Of a DNA stretch of 64,000 nucleotides, positions 48,460 through 61,005 are shown piece by piece. The notes under the pieces were generated by a model. The model saw only the letters and a list, made by a program, of their open reading frames with translations. It did no database searches and was not told where the DNA came from. The translations under genes and the position numbers were made by a program. Position 1 is the first letter of the stretch. Each line of letters starts with the position of its first letter. The stretch comes from Macrostomum lignano (lineage: Eukaryota), in assembly GCA_002269645.1 (NCBI GenBank), contig NIVC01002433.1:1-64000 (forward strand), given 5' to 3'.

Positions 48460-49918
48460 TCTCCAATTGCAGTTGTCTGCAGTTCCCTATGCAATGCTCA
48501 GCGCAGCTCTGTCCACAAGTACCTGAAGTGCCCCGAGCCGCAGATGTTGCTTTCAAAGGCAGCTAAACGAGTCAACAACAATGCTACCATGGTCACCACC
48601 GCGAGGTCGGACGCTGACTGCCTGGCAAAGTGCCAGAAATTTGACTGCGCAATCGCAGTCTCAATGAAGAGTCAGGCCAGATGCGAGATTTCCACCATCA
48701 GGTCTGCGGTTCCATCGAATACTGTAAGCTTCTCACTGACTGTCCTGGGTACTCAGACCGGTGCAAAGATTTGGAAGGCAACTGGAAGCGATCGGACCAT
48801 TACTGAAGTGAAGTTTAAGAGTAAGTTCGTGGTATGGCATGACACGGACACCAGAACTGGCGGTGTTGTTCACTGTAGTTGATCAACCACCAACGTTGTT
48901 CCAATTGTAGACAGCCGCACGGGAAGAGCTGGCTCAATCCAAAGCCTCCTGATTGCAACAAGCGGCTGCTACCTGATCAAAGCTGCCGGTGCCAGAGGTG
49001 GTAGCAACACCCGGACGGGCACTCACGGAGGCCAGGGAGCCCAGGTGAGCGCCAGGGTCGGCCTGACAGCCGGCACCCGGCTGAGCATCGTTGTCGGCCA
49101 GGCGGGCGGCTCGACCTCCCGGAGTGAAGAAGGAGGCGGCGGAGGCGGCGGCAGCTTCGTGTACCGGACGGGCGACCGGCTGCCGCTGATGGCTGCTGGC
49201 GGTGGCGGGGGCGCTGCGATTACAAGGAATGGTGAGCAAGGAGGACTTGAGTCGTTGATTTTAGAACGAAGTTTATTGACTTAAGGCATCTCAGCAACGC
49301 CCCACGAAGCCATATCATCTCAGCAACTCCCAATCGACTCAAAGCATCTCAGCAACTCCCAAATTGACTCAAAGCATCTCAGCAACTCCCAAATACCACC
49401 TCAGCAACTAAGCATTGAGCCATAACAATTTCATCGCAGGAAGACCAGGACGGACCGGAACTGCCGGCTCGGACAGCAAAGGAAATAAGAAGAGAAAAGG
49501 CTCCGGCGGCATCAACGGCCAGCCCGGCTCCAACAATCCAGGGCGCACGGCACGAAACTCCAACCACGGCGGCTGCGGCGCCGGCTGGCTTGGCAGGGCC
49601 GCCAAACGGAGGCGGAGCTCCTGGGACGGGCAGCGAGGCGGCAGTCAGGCCCAAGGCTGGGTCGGCGGCCGCGCCGGTGGTCACAGCGCCTGCCACGGCG
49701 GTTTCGGTGGCGGTGGCGGCTGCGGCTGCATGCGCGGCTCGAAAGGCGGGGCTGGCGGCGGAGGCGGCGGCTTCAGCGGGGGAGGCGCTGGTGGCGGTCA
49801 CTACCACAGCGGCGGCGGCGGTGGCTCATTCTGCTCGGGTGGCTGCGTTTCTGGCAGCAGCTGGACTGGCAATCACGGCTTCGTGTCCGTCAGGTTCGCG
49901 TCAGCCAGCTGCGGCTGA
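48460..49918 (+). CDS. Secreted protein: PAN/apple-like exon plus ALK/LTK-type glycine-rich domain
   Basis: Exons 48460-48820, 48911-49231 and 49413-49918 join by phase-1 GT-AG introns into one frame. Motifs ARSDADCLAKCQKFDC; GCYLIKAAGARGG, LSIVVGQAG, GGGGGSFV, LMAAGGGGGAA, GGFGGGGG, GGGGGFSGG, SGGGGGSF, NHGFVSV. The first exon was not located. Confidence 0.8.
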
Positions 49919-52589
49919 TGCTTGACAACATAGAAATGTTTTGAGAAACAATCTATTAAAAACAAACTGTATGACGATATCCAGGAAGCGTCTTCTCAGA
50001 AGATGAAAACCTTCAATCAAATCTTCTAAAACTTTTCACAGCTAAAATTTATAGTGATCTATTAAGGTAATTTGATTTTTAGTCAATTTATTTAAAGTTT
50101 CAAAGTTTAAAGTTTGAGATAAATGTAAAAAGTGTTTTAAAATTTTTAAGCACTACAACCTACTTTCCGAATCAGGGTTTAAAATGTGCAGCTAAAAACT
50201 TGGAGCTTGGAGATATTGGAGCTGGGAGATATTGGAGCTGGGAGATATTGGAGCTTGGAGGTTATAGCAAATCAGTTGTATAATATTCACCCATGCCTTT
50301 TATTCACCATCATTCGTGCTAAAAGTTCTCTAATTCGTTTCAGTTTGTCATCCATCCCTAAAGGCCTCTTCATATGTTAAAAAATAAATTCGTCAAATTT
50401 CTTGAATTATCACTTTTTGTTTGCAAAATTTCCAACTCATTGACTTCATAATTTGGTGCTAACGGCGTATTATGTAGAAGTTAGAAGTATTTAACCATAC
50501 AAATTTGATTGTGGATGTCAAAAATGTCAAACAGGTGCTAAGACATACACTGTACATACATACAGAACTAAATTTAGGAAACCCAATTTTTAGTTTACAG
50601 CAGCATTTCAATTACTCGTACGCTCGTTTTGAGAAACATTTTGAGAAACCGGCAAGCAAATTCAGGCAGCAAAATTGCCGCAAGCAAACTTCGGCAGGCA
50701 AACTTCGTACTCCCATTATACAAAGTGCATTCGAATTGCGCAAATATGACACGCCCTATTGATTCAAACACCCTTTTTACTCGTCTATCTGCTCCTGATT
50801 CTATAGTTTTAGTACGAGCTACATAATATAGATTCCTTTGCCGAATGCAGTTATCGAAAAGGAACGAACCGACGCCTTTGCCGTTGTACTTATTGAGCAA
50901 ATCGCCTACTGGCGCATTCCCCAATATGGACGCAGAACAGAGAGAAGAGGTGGTGAAACAGTTTATCAAAGGGGCCTGTCGAGGTGTTGCCGATCAGACG
51001 ATGACAGTGTGAGCAATTTGAGACGACGGTGCTTTCCGGCTTTGCAGCAGTATAGTCCCGCCTCTTCCTAATCCTATCTATATCCGTCTCGTCGTAACTA
51101 CATGCTTTGTAGGCCGCTGTCCTCAGCATAGATACAGTAGACGCAAAACTAAAAAAAATCGCTTTTACAGTATTGTGTCGGCCGGCTAGTCCGCGGTCGG
51201 TGCACCTGCAACTGAAAGGGGATGTGAACTTAAAAGTCAAAATAGAGGTTGAAATATTCGGTCCTGATTTCTCTTTGCCAATCTCTTCATTTGGAGCCAA
51301 GCTCCCGTAATGTCGAAAACCCGACCACTTTAGCATTCGCAAGGGATCTCTATGGGGAGAAATGGAATAAATAGGGATTTCATGTGAACTTAATTTAAAG
51401 CTCCAGAATTGAGCATGAAGCTTTAATTATGTTTAAATGACGAGGTGACAGTGATAAACGCTCTTTTTATGTTTATTTAAAGAATAAGAGTGATAGTAAT
51501 GTTATGTTATGCTCCCAATATCCCAAAATGTTATCTTTTAATGATGTTTATGTCACCCCCCCCCTCAAGCTCTCATGTTGTCTCCCCGCCTCGATGGAGA
51601 CGTAAATAGCGTCAAGGCCGTTTGTGTCACACATTTTAGTCAGATGATTTCTACCTCGACGAAGTAGATCGGGTAACCCGACATTTCGAGATGGAGGGTG
51701 GTAAACATCATTTTCGCACATTATACATGTATATATTGTGGTCAATTGTGGAAATCGAAAGTCCAGGAAATTAGATAGCTCGTATATTGTTATTATGGTG
51801 CTAAAAGTTAGTAGCTCGTACATTCCTATATTCTAGCTAGCTACTCCATTTTTCAAGTGTAGCATTCTGCTTATTTAGTTGTGCATATATCTTCTAGCTG
51901 CAGAAGCCCCATATGCAAACTTTAGTCTTTCTTATAGCATTTCTTCAGCGAAACCATGGCGATCTCGAAAGGAACGGCCAGAAACGGTCCATGGTCTATG
52001 GATACTAAGGAGATTAAACGGAGCAGCTTCACGAACTCTTTATTAGTAGTGACCGGGGTAAATCTGATTTCAACAAGTGAGGACTTATTTTAAAACTGAG
52101 GTGTTTCTACCTCTCGCTGCAAACTGCTCAGTATGAATGAGAATAAGTCGCAACTTGTTGTCAGCTCACTATTCTCATTACCCACCTGTCAACTGCCAGC
52201 TTCATCCAGTGAAGCTGCAGCAGGATTGCTCATTAAAGTCGATGGCTAAGCATAGAGCCAGTTTTTGCTGCATGAATTCAACCCGTATGAAGTTGGGAAC
52301 CCCTAACATTCCCTCTTAATAGCTAGGCATTCCTTCCTTCCCAACTAATATACTAAAGCAAATAATTTGAGAGAAATCTTTTAATAGTATAACTCTGCCC
52401 AGTGAATAGCAATTTAAAGCCTCCAAATAGCTTTTAAGCTGTGTTTTTATTCCATTAGAGCCTCTCCAATGTGTATACAGATATGCTGGCAGAGACTGAG
52501 CAGTGCCCGAGTGGTAAGATACTGTAATATTTGGCCATCTAAATATTTTCTTATTACTCGTATATATATACTACTGGTTCACCAAGTCC

Positions 52590-53130
52590 TATCACCTATT
52601 CATGCCCAAGCTTCTCCAACACTGCCATTGTCCATCCGGTCCATTCTTTCAGGTCATCCTCTCACTGCTTTTTCGGTCTTCCTCTTCTTCCTTCACCTTC
52701 CACTTCTCCTTGAACACAAGCATTTGCCATGGCTCCCTTCCTCGTCTGATTTCCGTAATATTTGAGCTTCCTCCACTTGATGATCCCCTCCACAGAATCA
52801 GGTTCCACCTCTTTAACTTTTCGCCAGACTCAGGCATTTGTCATTTTCTCTTTCCACGAAATCCTTAGCATTCTTCTGTAACATTTCACTCCAAACGCTT
52901 TGAGTGTCAGCATAATTTTCTTCCCCAGGGTCCAGCCCTCGCACCCATAGAGCAGCGTTGCTTAGGTGACCGCCTTTGTGATCTTGAGCCGATTCTTCAA
53001 AACCGACTCCACGGAGCCGCCAAAGTTCATCAAGCCTTGTCATTGAGCCGGAAGTTGTTGATATTCATTCCTCCGCAGCTGGTTCCAGTTCCTCAATAGG
53101 TTTTGTCATTATCCGTTCCAGGAAAAGATT
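52590..53130 (-). mobile_element. Decayed RTE/BovB-like LINE 3' fragment
   Basis: Minus strand gives ATLLYGCEGWTL, CYRRMLRISWKEK, GEVEGERRRGRP across stops. Confidence 0.75.
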
Positions 53131-53158
53131 GCAGAGAGAGTAGGTGGTGGGACGCATC

Positions 53159-53463
53159 CAGGGGCGTCGCCATGGATTTTATGGTGGGGGGGGGCAAAGC
53201 CAAGAATCCAACATGTACATGACTAAATTCCAAAATTTCCATTATTTTGAGAATCGTGTTGTCAGCGCTCATTTTGGCGCCGCGGGCAATTTTTTGGCGC
53301 CTTGGCGCCCTGAAGAAAAATTATTGACTACCACAACGACTCACAAGGTGGGGTGGGGGGACAAGCGTTGGCATGTCCCACCCCCCATAGCTTTTACTGG
53401 GGGGGGGGAACATGTCCCCTCTATCCCCCCTCATGTCTTTTGCTTCGTAGCTCCCGTCGCCTG
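53159..53463. repeat. Short dispersed repeat, possibly a non-autonomous DNA element
   Basis: Starts CAGGGGCGTCGCCATGGATTTTATGGTGGGGG; the same head recurs at ~43334-43375. Terminal inverted match and TSD are weak. Confidence 0.45.
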
Positions 53464-54379
53464 TCACAGCTATCGAGGACCTCTTTGGTAATTCATGGCT
53501 TTCTGATTTTTTTAGCGGTTTCTCAGAACTTTATCTGCTGCTTTCGATTTGCCATTTTTGAATTCATCACACTAACTTTGTGGCTGCTGCTGGTCTTCTG
53601 CGAGTAGTAGCAGAGCCGCAAATCTCGATGCAAGTTGGCTCTGGAATTTAAGACTTAGATTTGTGCCAACTGGATAATCCAGAGACCAATGCAAATAGGT
53701 CTATTTTATGATGGGCGTCTATTTTATACAGATTGGCATATTTGACCCCCCGCCGCCGGTGGGGTGTCTTCGCGTGGTTAGCAATAGAAAATCTGGGACT
53801 CAGTTCCCTAGTTGTACACGAATTTAGTTAGTTCTAGTAGGTTTCTAAGTGTGAGGGTTAGAGATTATTCAGGGTTTTGCAAATCTTATATGTTGCGTTG
53901 GATAAAGAGATTACAGAAAAAGAGCTTAGTTTTCCTTTCTTAACTCTGTCCATGGTTGATTACACAGTCCTCTCTCGCTCTCTCTCTCTCGGTTGTCAAG
54001 CTTCTTGGGGTTGATCTCGCCTTCTTGGGCAGCTCCAGGTTGAATAGGAGTCCGTGGGCGGGCAACCTCCTCTCGTGCCCGTGCCGATCGTCCTTTTAAC
54101 TTCATTGCTCTCTAAGTCGGGCCTCTCCTTGGTTCGCTTCTCCCGGCCGGTTTGAGCGCCATTGTGCCTGCGGCGGGGTGTTGCTACTCACTGGAATGGA
54201 AAGAGGCTTTATTAGATTCGGTCATTCATATCTGACTTGACAGTTGATTAATTGTCTTAATGCTGCTTCTGTTTGCCCTTCTAATAGCTATCTGAAGGTC
54301 ATTGTGCTTTTCTGCCTCGCCCTTCACTGCGCCTGGGGACTTCATAATTTTCTACCTATCTTCCGGCTAAGGTAGTGTG

Positions 54380-56200
54380 ACGTTGCTAGTTTAAAGTGGT
54401 CCCGCAAAAGGGCCGTTGGACTGCAATTTTCCTTACAATTTCTCATTTAAAATTTCCAATTGTGTATTCTCACGTTTACTTGTAGTAGCGCGCAACTAAT
54501 CTGTATCAATTGCTAAATCACTGCGTACTTTGTAAGCTTTGCGTACGCCTGTAGAGTCACGCGCGATCGATAATTTCTGTTTCTCGTTTTTCCCTCGCCA
54601 GCCAATGATAACTCTCCGTATATATTATGTTAACCCTCCTGCGCTCCTTTATTAACCCCGCCTGGCGGCGGGCTGGGGGTTTTTTCACTTTCGCTCCCTC
54701 GCTCTCCTTTCCTTCGTTTCCTCGCTCTCGTTCTGGCGTGCCTTCCTTTCCTTCTCTCTCCTTATCTCTCGCCACGGCCCCACTTTGTCTGGGCCAGCCT
54801 GTCTACGCACCTTTGCTCCACTGTTTACTGCCACGGGCTAACGCCCAATCTCGCCACTACTTGTCTGCCTGTCTACTTGCTACTTACTGCCATCACTGTG
54901 CTCACCGCCATCACTTACCACGTTGCGTCGCCACTGCATCTTTTGTCAACTACCTGACTTCATAATTCCATTTACATTCAAAACCATTGTTGCAGCCGCC
55001 AGTGCCCCAGAACGCTATAAGTTTTGTATTGACATAAATCAATTATCATATTAATAACGATAATAAATTAGCTTACGGCAGTCCCCTGCCTTTATACGCC
55101 AAGTGCTCCGCTACACAATCCGCTTCGCAAGAATTGACTTCGCAATTACTTTTGGACTGCAACGGCCCTTTTAAGGGTTGTAGTCACCACGCCAATAACG
55201 TGACAGTAGCTTCAGATTTCTAACTCTTATAGTCTAGCTTGAACTATCTAGACTATTTAGACGCTTGTGAAACTTTGTCTATTGGACATATCAATATATA
55301 ACCTCATGCTCCCTGTGATTCTACTTTTTCATCAAGTGTATGTGTGTGCAGCTTATCACAGCAAGGATCACCAGAAAAACATGAGCTGATTGTGACGTTG
55401 TCAGTTGAGGTGGCCCCGACAAGGGCCGTTTTAGCGAAAGCAGTGCCATTCTATAATATTGCTAATTTAATGTCATTTTTCGCCATTTAGATGGTCTCGT
55501 ACTCTAACGACTGCTTATAGTAATGCCCAAGGAATTTTAAAAACATTGCGCGACGTTCGTAGCTCGTAAAGCCTATGTACAATGCGATCGATAGTTTCTG
55601 TTTTCAAGTTGGTTTTCACGCCGGCTAATAGGAAGGCCGTGCATATTTTATGCTAGCCTGAAATTAAGCTTTAGTTGTGCGCCCACCCCCAGCCCGCTCG
55701 TTATCAGTCCTGTCTGGCTGGGGCGCCCGGGGTTAGAGGTTTTCCGGCCCACGCTCTTTCTCTACCCGCCACTGCCAAGTTCACTCTGCCAAGTTCACTC
55801 TGCCAAGTTCACTCTGCCAAGTTCAAGCCACGCCACTGCTAAGTTCCTTGCCACAGAGAGTGCTGCCTCCATTCGATCACGCCACTGTCCCGAGTGGGGA
55901 TCACGCCACGCCTTCACCGTCGCCACTTCATCGCCGTAGCCTATTAGCCATCCATCGCCATTTTTGTTGCCTGCCGCAGTGCCCAGAGTACCATAGTACG
56001 GATTCCGCACCAATCAGGCCCAGTCCCACTCTTATATTGCCGACAGAAATCTATAGCGAGCGGGTCTATATGACCATAATGAATTGTCGCCATCGGCCAT
56101 AACCTAAACAATTGTATCAACTGTCTAAGTCTGAGTGCTACCGCTACACAAATTGCCTCCGTTATTATTCGCCTTCATCATTTGATCCTGGGACTGTGTC
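54380..56200 (+). repeat. Diverged ~1-kb tandem duplication
   Basis: Collinear blocks AAGGGCCGTT (54408, 55421), GCGATCGATA.TTTCTGTTT (54563, 55584), CAGTGCCC (~55000, 55977), GCTACACAA (~55110, 56143). Confidence 0.6.
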
Positions 56201-57391
56201 GCCTTAATCGTCACAATAATAATATAATAATTATATATTCACATAAGAATAAAGAATTATACAAGAATAATAATTAATAATAAGATAATAATAATTAATA
56301 ATAAGATATAATAATAATTTTTATATTAATATAATTATTAATATAATATCATTATAAGAATTATAATTATTATTCTTACAATATGTTCTATCGGCGTTTA
56401 CAGAGTTGTCCAGCAATATCGTTGTTGCGCGAGTACTAATTTGATCGATTTGAACAAACGAAATAGGAAGATTATGTTGCCAAGCTCTTTGAAACAGCTC
56501 CCTGTTTAGATGAACCTCTGCCAGCAACGACTGCATGGTATGAAAAAAACAATTTTAAATTATTACAATAATATTTTGCTCACATCATTTGTTTTAACAT
56601 AATATTGGGGTTGGGTGAGGCGGAACGCCTGGCTATTGAGGGGGGGGGGCTCCCAACTTTATACGGGTTGAATTCACGCAGTAAAGAACTGGTCTATGCG
56701 CTGGACTTTGTCATCAATTTTTTATGAGGGGTCCTGCTGCAGAGTCAGTGGATGCAAGGCTTCCCAAGGAATGGGAAGGAAATGCTATTTTTTAATAATA
56801 TCATTATTGAATACTCGCGCCCATTTTATAGCGTATGATACTCTTTGAAAATTAGTAAATAGTTCGTAAGAGGTTTTGCTTCCTTATAGCGCTGGGCGGA
56901 AAGTTCCAAGCCAGATTTTTTAAATTGGACTGGGGCTGTTATGGTGGATGCGGCATCACCTTCCAGTTCAGATGCAGTTTTTAGTACAGTACGCTGAAGA
57001 TATTCTAAGAGAAACTGAATTTCCCATCATATTCTAGTTTGAAGATGTATCATAGACGACTAAAGTAGAAAGAAGTATTGCAATTTATAATTTAAAAAAA
57101 TTCAGTTATAATTTACAAAGCGGATTATTTTTTGTTCACTAAAGATGGCCTGCATTGTAAAAAACTCATTTTATTAACGTTATTGCCATGCTTTTTATAA
57201 CAAATAAAAAATATAGTTAACTTTAACTGGGCCAAAAATTAAATTTTAAAATTCGTTAATTTAACAAGCACTTAAACTTTGTATGCATATTCAAAGTTTA
57301 GATAGCAAGGATATATATTGTCTTATGGTAGCCGCTGCTTGTCAATCATGCTTAACGTCCTCAACATTAACTATTGCAATAATAGTGGGTT

Positions 57392-58452
57392 TCACACAAC
57401 TAGTCCGGGTGACACTCCGAAAATTTCAACTTCGCAAAGAGTCAATGAGCCACTCGGCAGGCCAATTCGAACCCGGCTGCCGTACATGTAGCTTGCGCAG
57501 TTCACAGTAAGTGTTGAGAAGCTCTGGGTTCTGTCAACAGCCGCGCACTCCACACCGTCAATGAGCACTGTAAATTTATTGAGCCTATGAGCACAACAGT
57601 CCTGCCTGTTGTACACCTTGACAGCGGAGATCTTGGACACCTGAGCCAGCTGCACCTCCCACCACGAGTTTGGTTCATTAACGGTGTGCGTGCAGGAATG
57701 CTGAGAAAAATGTTGAATCGAGTTTCCATCGATTGCGCGACTGCAGTCTGCACCGTAATCTGTTGAGCTCTGATTGCACGAGACAATGCGAATACCAGAT
57801 TCTGAAATGTTTGGCGTGCCGCAGTGTCTGGGTAGTTTTCTCATCTTGCTACAATAAATATTGTTTTTCTTAATAAAGACTGTACTGAAGTATCGGGGGT
57901 GGGGATGGGGGGCACAGTAGCTTATTGGGGGATTTTCAAGCGCTAGACAGCCATATGATGGCCAACCCACTAGCTGAATTTTTGGTCCTTAGCGAAAAAG
58001 TGCGTAAAAAACAAAATTCTAGTGACCTTCTACAGATAAAGTCAACTGAATTTAGGATTTTTTGAGTCAAAAAATTATCCAGAAACTTTTATTATGCAAC
58101 TTTTTGACGACCACTTACCAACAGTCGGTGACAGAGTGTAGACGGCGGCAGGCTCAGAGCCGGCCACCCAGGTGTTGTTGTTGAAGTACGCCGATGCGTT
58201 GAACAGTCGACACACTGGCGAGCTCTTCAACATGTAGAAGCCGAAGCAGACTTCCAGCTTCAGCTTGCAGAGCATCGGGCACTGCATCCGGTTAGCAACG
58301 ATGTTTTCATATGACTTGAAGTGCTCAGGCACAGTTGAGCTGTCTGCTTTGAGCAAAGAAAAAGTGCTCTTGCTGCGGCAGACACCCAGCACTTGAACAG
58401 TCGGCGCAACCAGTAAATATATCAGAATGGTCAGTGCGCTACAGCTCTTCAT
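57392..58452 (-). CDS. Secreted PAN/apple-like plus F-type lectin (fucolectin/FTP) domain protein
   Basis: Exon 1 58452-58119 (signal peptide, QCPMLC...CFGF...CRLF); phase-1 intron; exon 2 57801-57392 with RAIDGN, CTHT, WWEVQL, YNRQDCCAHRL, LCEVEIFG. Canonical HX26RXDX4R motif. Confidence 0.9.
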
Positions 58453-58809
58453 TGCTCAGCTTGGTGCTTGCTGACTCTCAAAATTTAGCTGTCCAAAGAG
58501 ATTTGAGTTGACGGTTCCACGCTGATAAAACGTTTGTATCAAAAAGGGGAAGTCTCTACCCTCACAGGCGCGTATGTCGCCATGACAACCGCAGCCAGCT
58601 GCGTACGTACAGTATTTTCCCAATTTTTATATTGATTCCAATATAAATTTTCAACAGGAAAAATATCGATAAACTATACCCGGTTTCTAAATATACTACT
58701 GCCCTAACTACCTTGAAGTAGGTAGTGCGATATGATAGAAATAATTCATGAATTATAAGCTTTAAGGAAAACTTTATTTAAAAAAACAGTACTGGTCAAG
58801 ACCAATAGG

Positions 58810-59456
58810 GTGCATAACAGAGGTGCATAACAGTGACGTGCATAACAGAGGTGCATAACAGTGACGTGCATAACAGTGACGTGCATAACAGAGGTTCATA
58901 ACAGTGAGGTGCATAACAGTGACGTGCATAACAGTGACGTGCATAACAGAGGTTCATAACAGTGAGGTGCATAACAGTGAGGTGCATAACAGTGAGGTAC
59001 ATAACAGTGAGGTACATAACAGTGACGTGCATAACAGTGACGTGCATAACAGTGAGGTTCATAACAGTGAGGTGCATAACAGTGAGGTACATAACAGTGA
59101 GGTACATAACAGTGACGTGCATAACAGTGAGGTGCATAACAGTGAGGTGCATAACAGTGAGGTACATAACAGTGAGGTACATAACAGTGACGTGCATAAC
59201 AGTGACGTGCATAACAGTGAGGTTCATAACAGTGAGGTGCATAACAGTGAGGTACATAACAGTGAGGTGCATAACAGTGAGGTACATAACAGTGAGGTGC
59301 ATAACAGTGAGATGCATAACAGTGAGATGCATAACAGTGAGATGCATAACAGTGAGATGCATAACAGTGAGATGCATAACAGTGAGATGCATAACAGTGA
59401 GGTGCATAACAGTGAGGTACATAACAGTGAGATGCATAACAGTGAGGTGCATAACA
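58810..59456. repeat. 15-bp minisatellite, about 43 copies, between the divergent lectin genes
   Basis: GTGCATAACAGTGAG with variant blocks (GAC, GTAC, GTTC, GATG). Confidence 0.95.
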
Positions 59457-59710
59457 TTGAAATTGTAGAGGGTGGCTCTCGAATTCCACGGAATGTAGGA
59501 AGCCCTGTGCCCGGTTTCGATCAGCTCATCAGTGCGCAGAGGATTAAGAAGCATCACCCAATCCCAGAGCTTGGATGCAGGGAACGGGGAGCTGATGGGT
59601 CAGCTGCCCATTCACCCCTACAAAAATGATTAAAACCATTTGGTTGATTATTTTTCTTCCAACAAAGCTGTATATCCAACGCCGAGCTATAACACTCAAG
59701 CAGATAAATT

Positions 59711-61005
59711 ATGGCTTCGTTACGTGTGTTGAAAGTGCTGCTCGTCCTGATTATGGCTGCCTGTCAGGTAGATTGTGCTACCGATTTCGCCAAGTTCAAC
59801 GAAATCGTTCTCAACAGTTCTCTGATGCTTCCAGCCAATTTTTTATTTGAGTCTGCTGCTAGAAGCGATGCTGACTGCGCCTTACAATGCTTGAGCCACG
59901 CACCGGACTGTTTCGGGTTTGCCTGGCTGCAAGGCCTGTGCCGTCTGTTCAACATGACGGAGCTGTACACCCGACAGACCTGGCAGGCCGCAGTCCAGTC
60001 GGTCGGCGTGTTCGGGAGAGGAATCGGTGAGTGTCGGGGGTGGCCCGCATGCGGAGCAGCTGAGCAGTTTAACGGTAGAGACGTTTGACACTTGATTTGA
60101 TTCCGTCTTGGGCTTAATTGTGTGCTCGAGGGGGGTTGTTCACAGGCATGAAGGCCAACACCGAAGGCACAGAGAGTGTCCATGCTGCACGATTAGAAAG
60201 CCAGGACAGCTGTACGGTACACCCGGTGTGAGCGTGTGTATGAGTTTGTACCTGCGTACAGTATATTGGCGCCCTTGTGTGTGCTCAGGGAGTCAGCGAA
60301 ATGGGCAGAATTGCCTCATGGGGAGACGATGTCGCCGAAGGTCCCGGATTTGTATCATGGATAAATAAGATTGAAGGACGCTAAACTTGCAGATATAGTG
60401 TGCAACTTTCAAAATAGAGACCGCGGTCTGTCGCTACACAGAATGTTTGGATCTAGATAGAAGGTTTTCAGTTCCCTTAGCACGCTATAAGTTGACAATG
60501 ACTAACCCTCTGAACTTCCTGAGAAAACCTGAAGGATCAATAGCAGAAAACATGCAAGAAGCATTTTGAATAACTCATATCCACTAATAACGCCATCGAT
60601 CTTGCAGAGGTTTCCAAGCTGCAGTTTACCGGCTGCAATCAGAGCTCCGTATTTGGACATGGCAACTGCTCCAAGGCCCTCGATGGCAACACTGATCAGA
60701 ACCATATAAACCTCGGCGGTTCCTGCTCTCACACTTACTCCGGAAATGCCTGGTGGGAGGCCCATCTGTCAAGCAAAAGTCTGATCTCTCACGTGACCAT
60801 CTACAATAGGCAGGACTGCTGTGCTGACAGGTTTAACGAGTTCTCCCTGCTGGTAGACGGCCTGGAGTGCAACCGAGTGAGCCTGACGGTGCCGTTCTCC
60901 GTGGCCAACTTCACCTGCATGCGGATTGGCACCTCCGTTCGAATTGTCAATCAGAATGGTGGGGCCGTTCTGCTGTGCGAGTTCATGGCCTACGGTTTGG
61001 TGTGA
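59711..61005 (+). CDS. Secreted PAN/apple-like plus F-type lectin domain protein (paralog)
   Basis: Exon 1 59711-60026 (signal peptide, ARSDADCALQC...CFGF...CRLF); phase-1 intron; exon 2 60608-61005 with KALDGN, CSHT, WWEAHL, YNRQDCCADRF, LCEFMAYG. Confidence 0.9.
60100..60390 (+). mobile_element. 5'-truncated SINE copy in the lectin intron
   Basis: GTGCTCAGGGAGTCAGCGAAATGGGCAGAATTGCCTC matches 45560-45601. Confidence 0.65.

Noticed and set aside
50595-51342. Overlapping ORFs on both strands
   Set aside because: No recognisable domain or consistent splice structure.
58796-59629. Long ORFs such as (MHLTV)n, (YAPHC)n and (EVHNS)n
   Set aside because: By-products of a stop-free 15-bp minisatellite; open in several frames on both strands.
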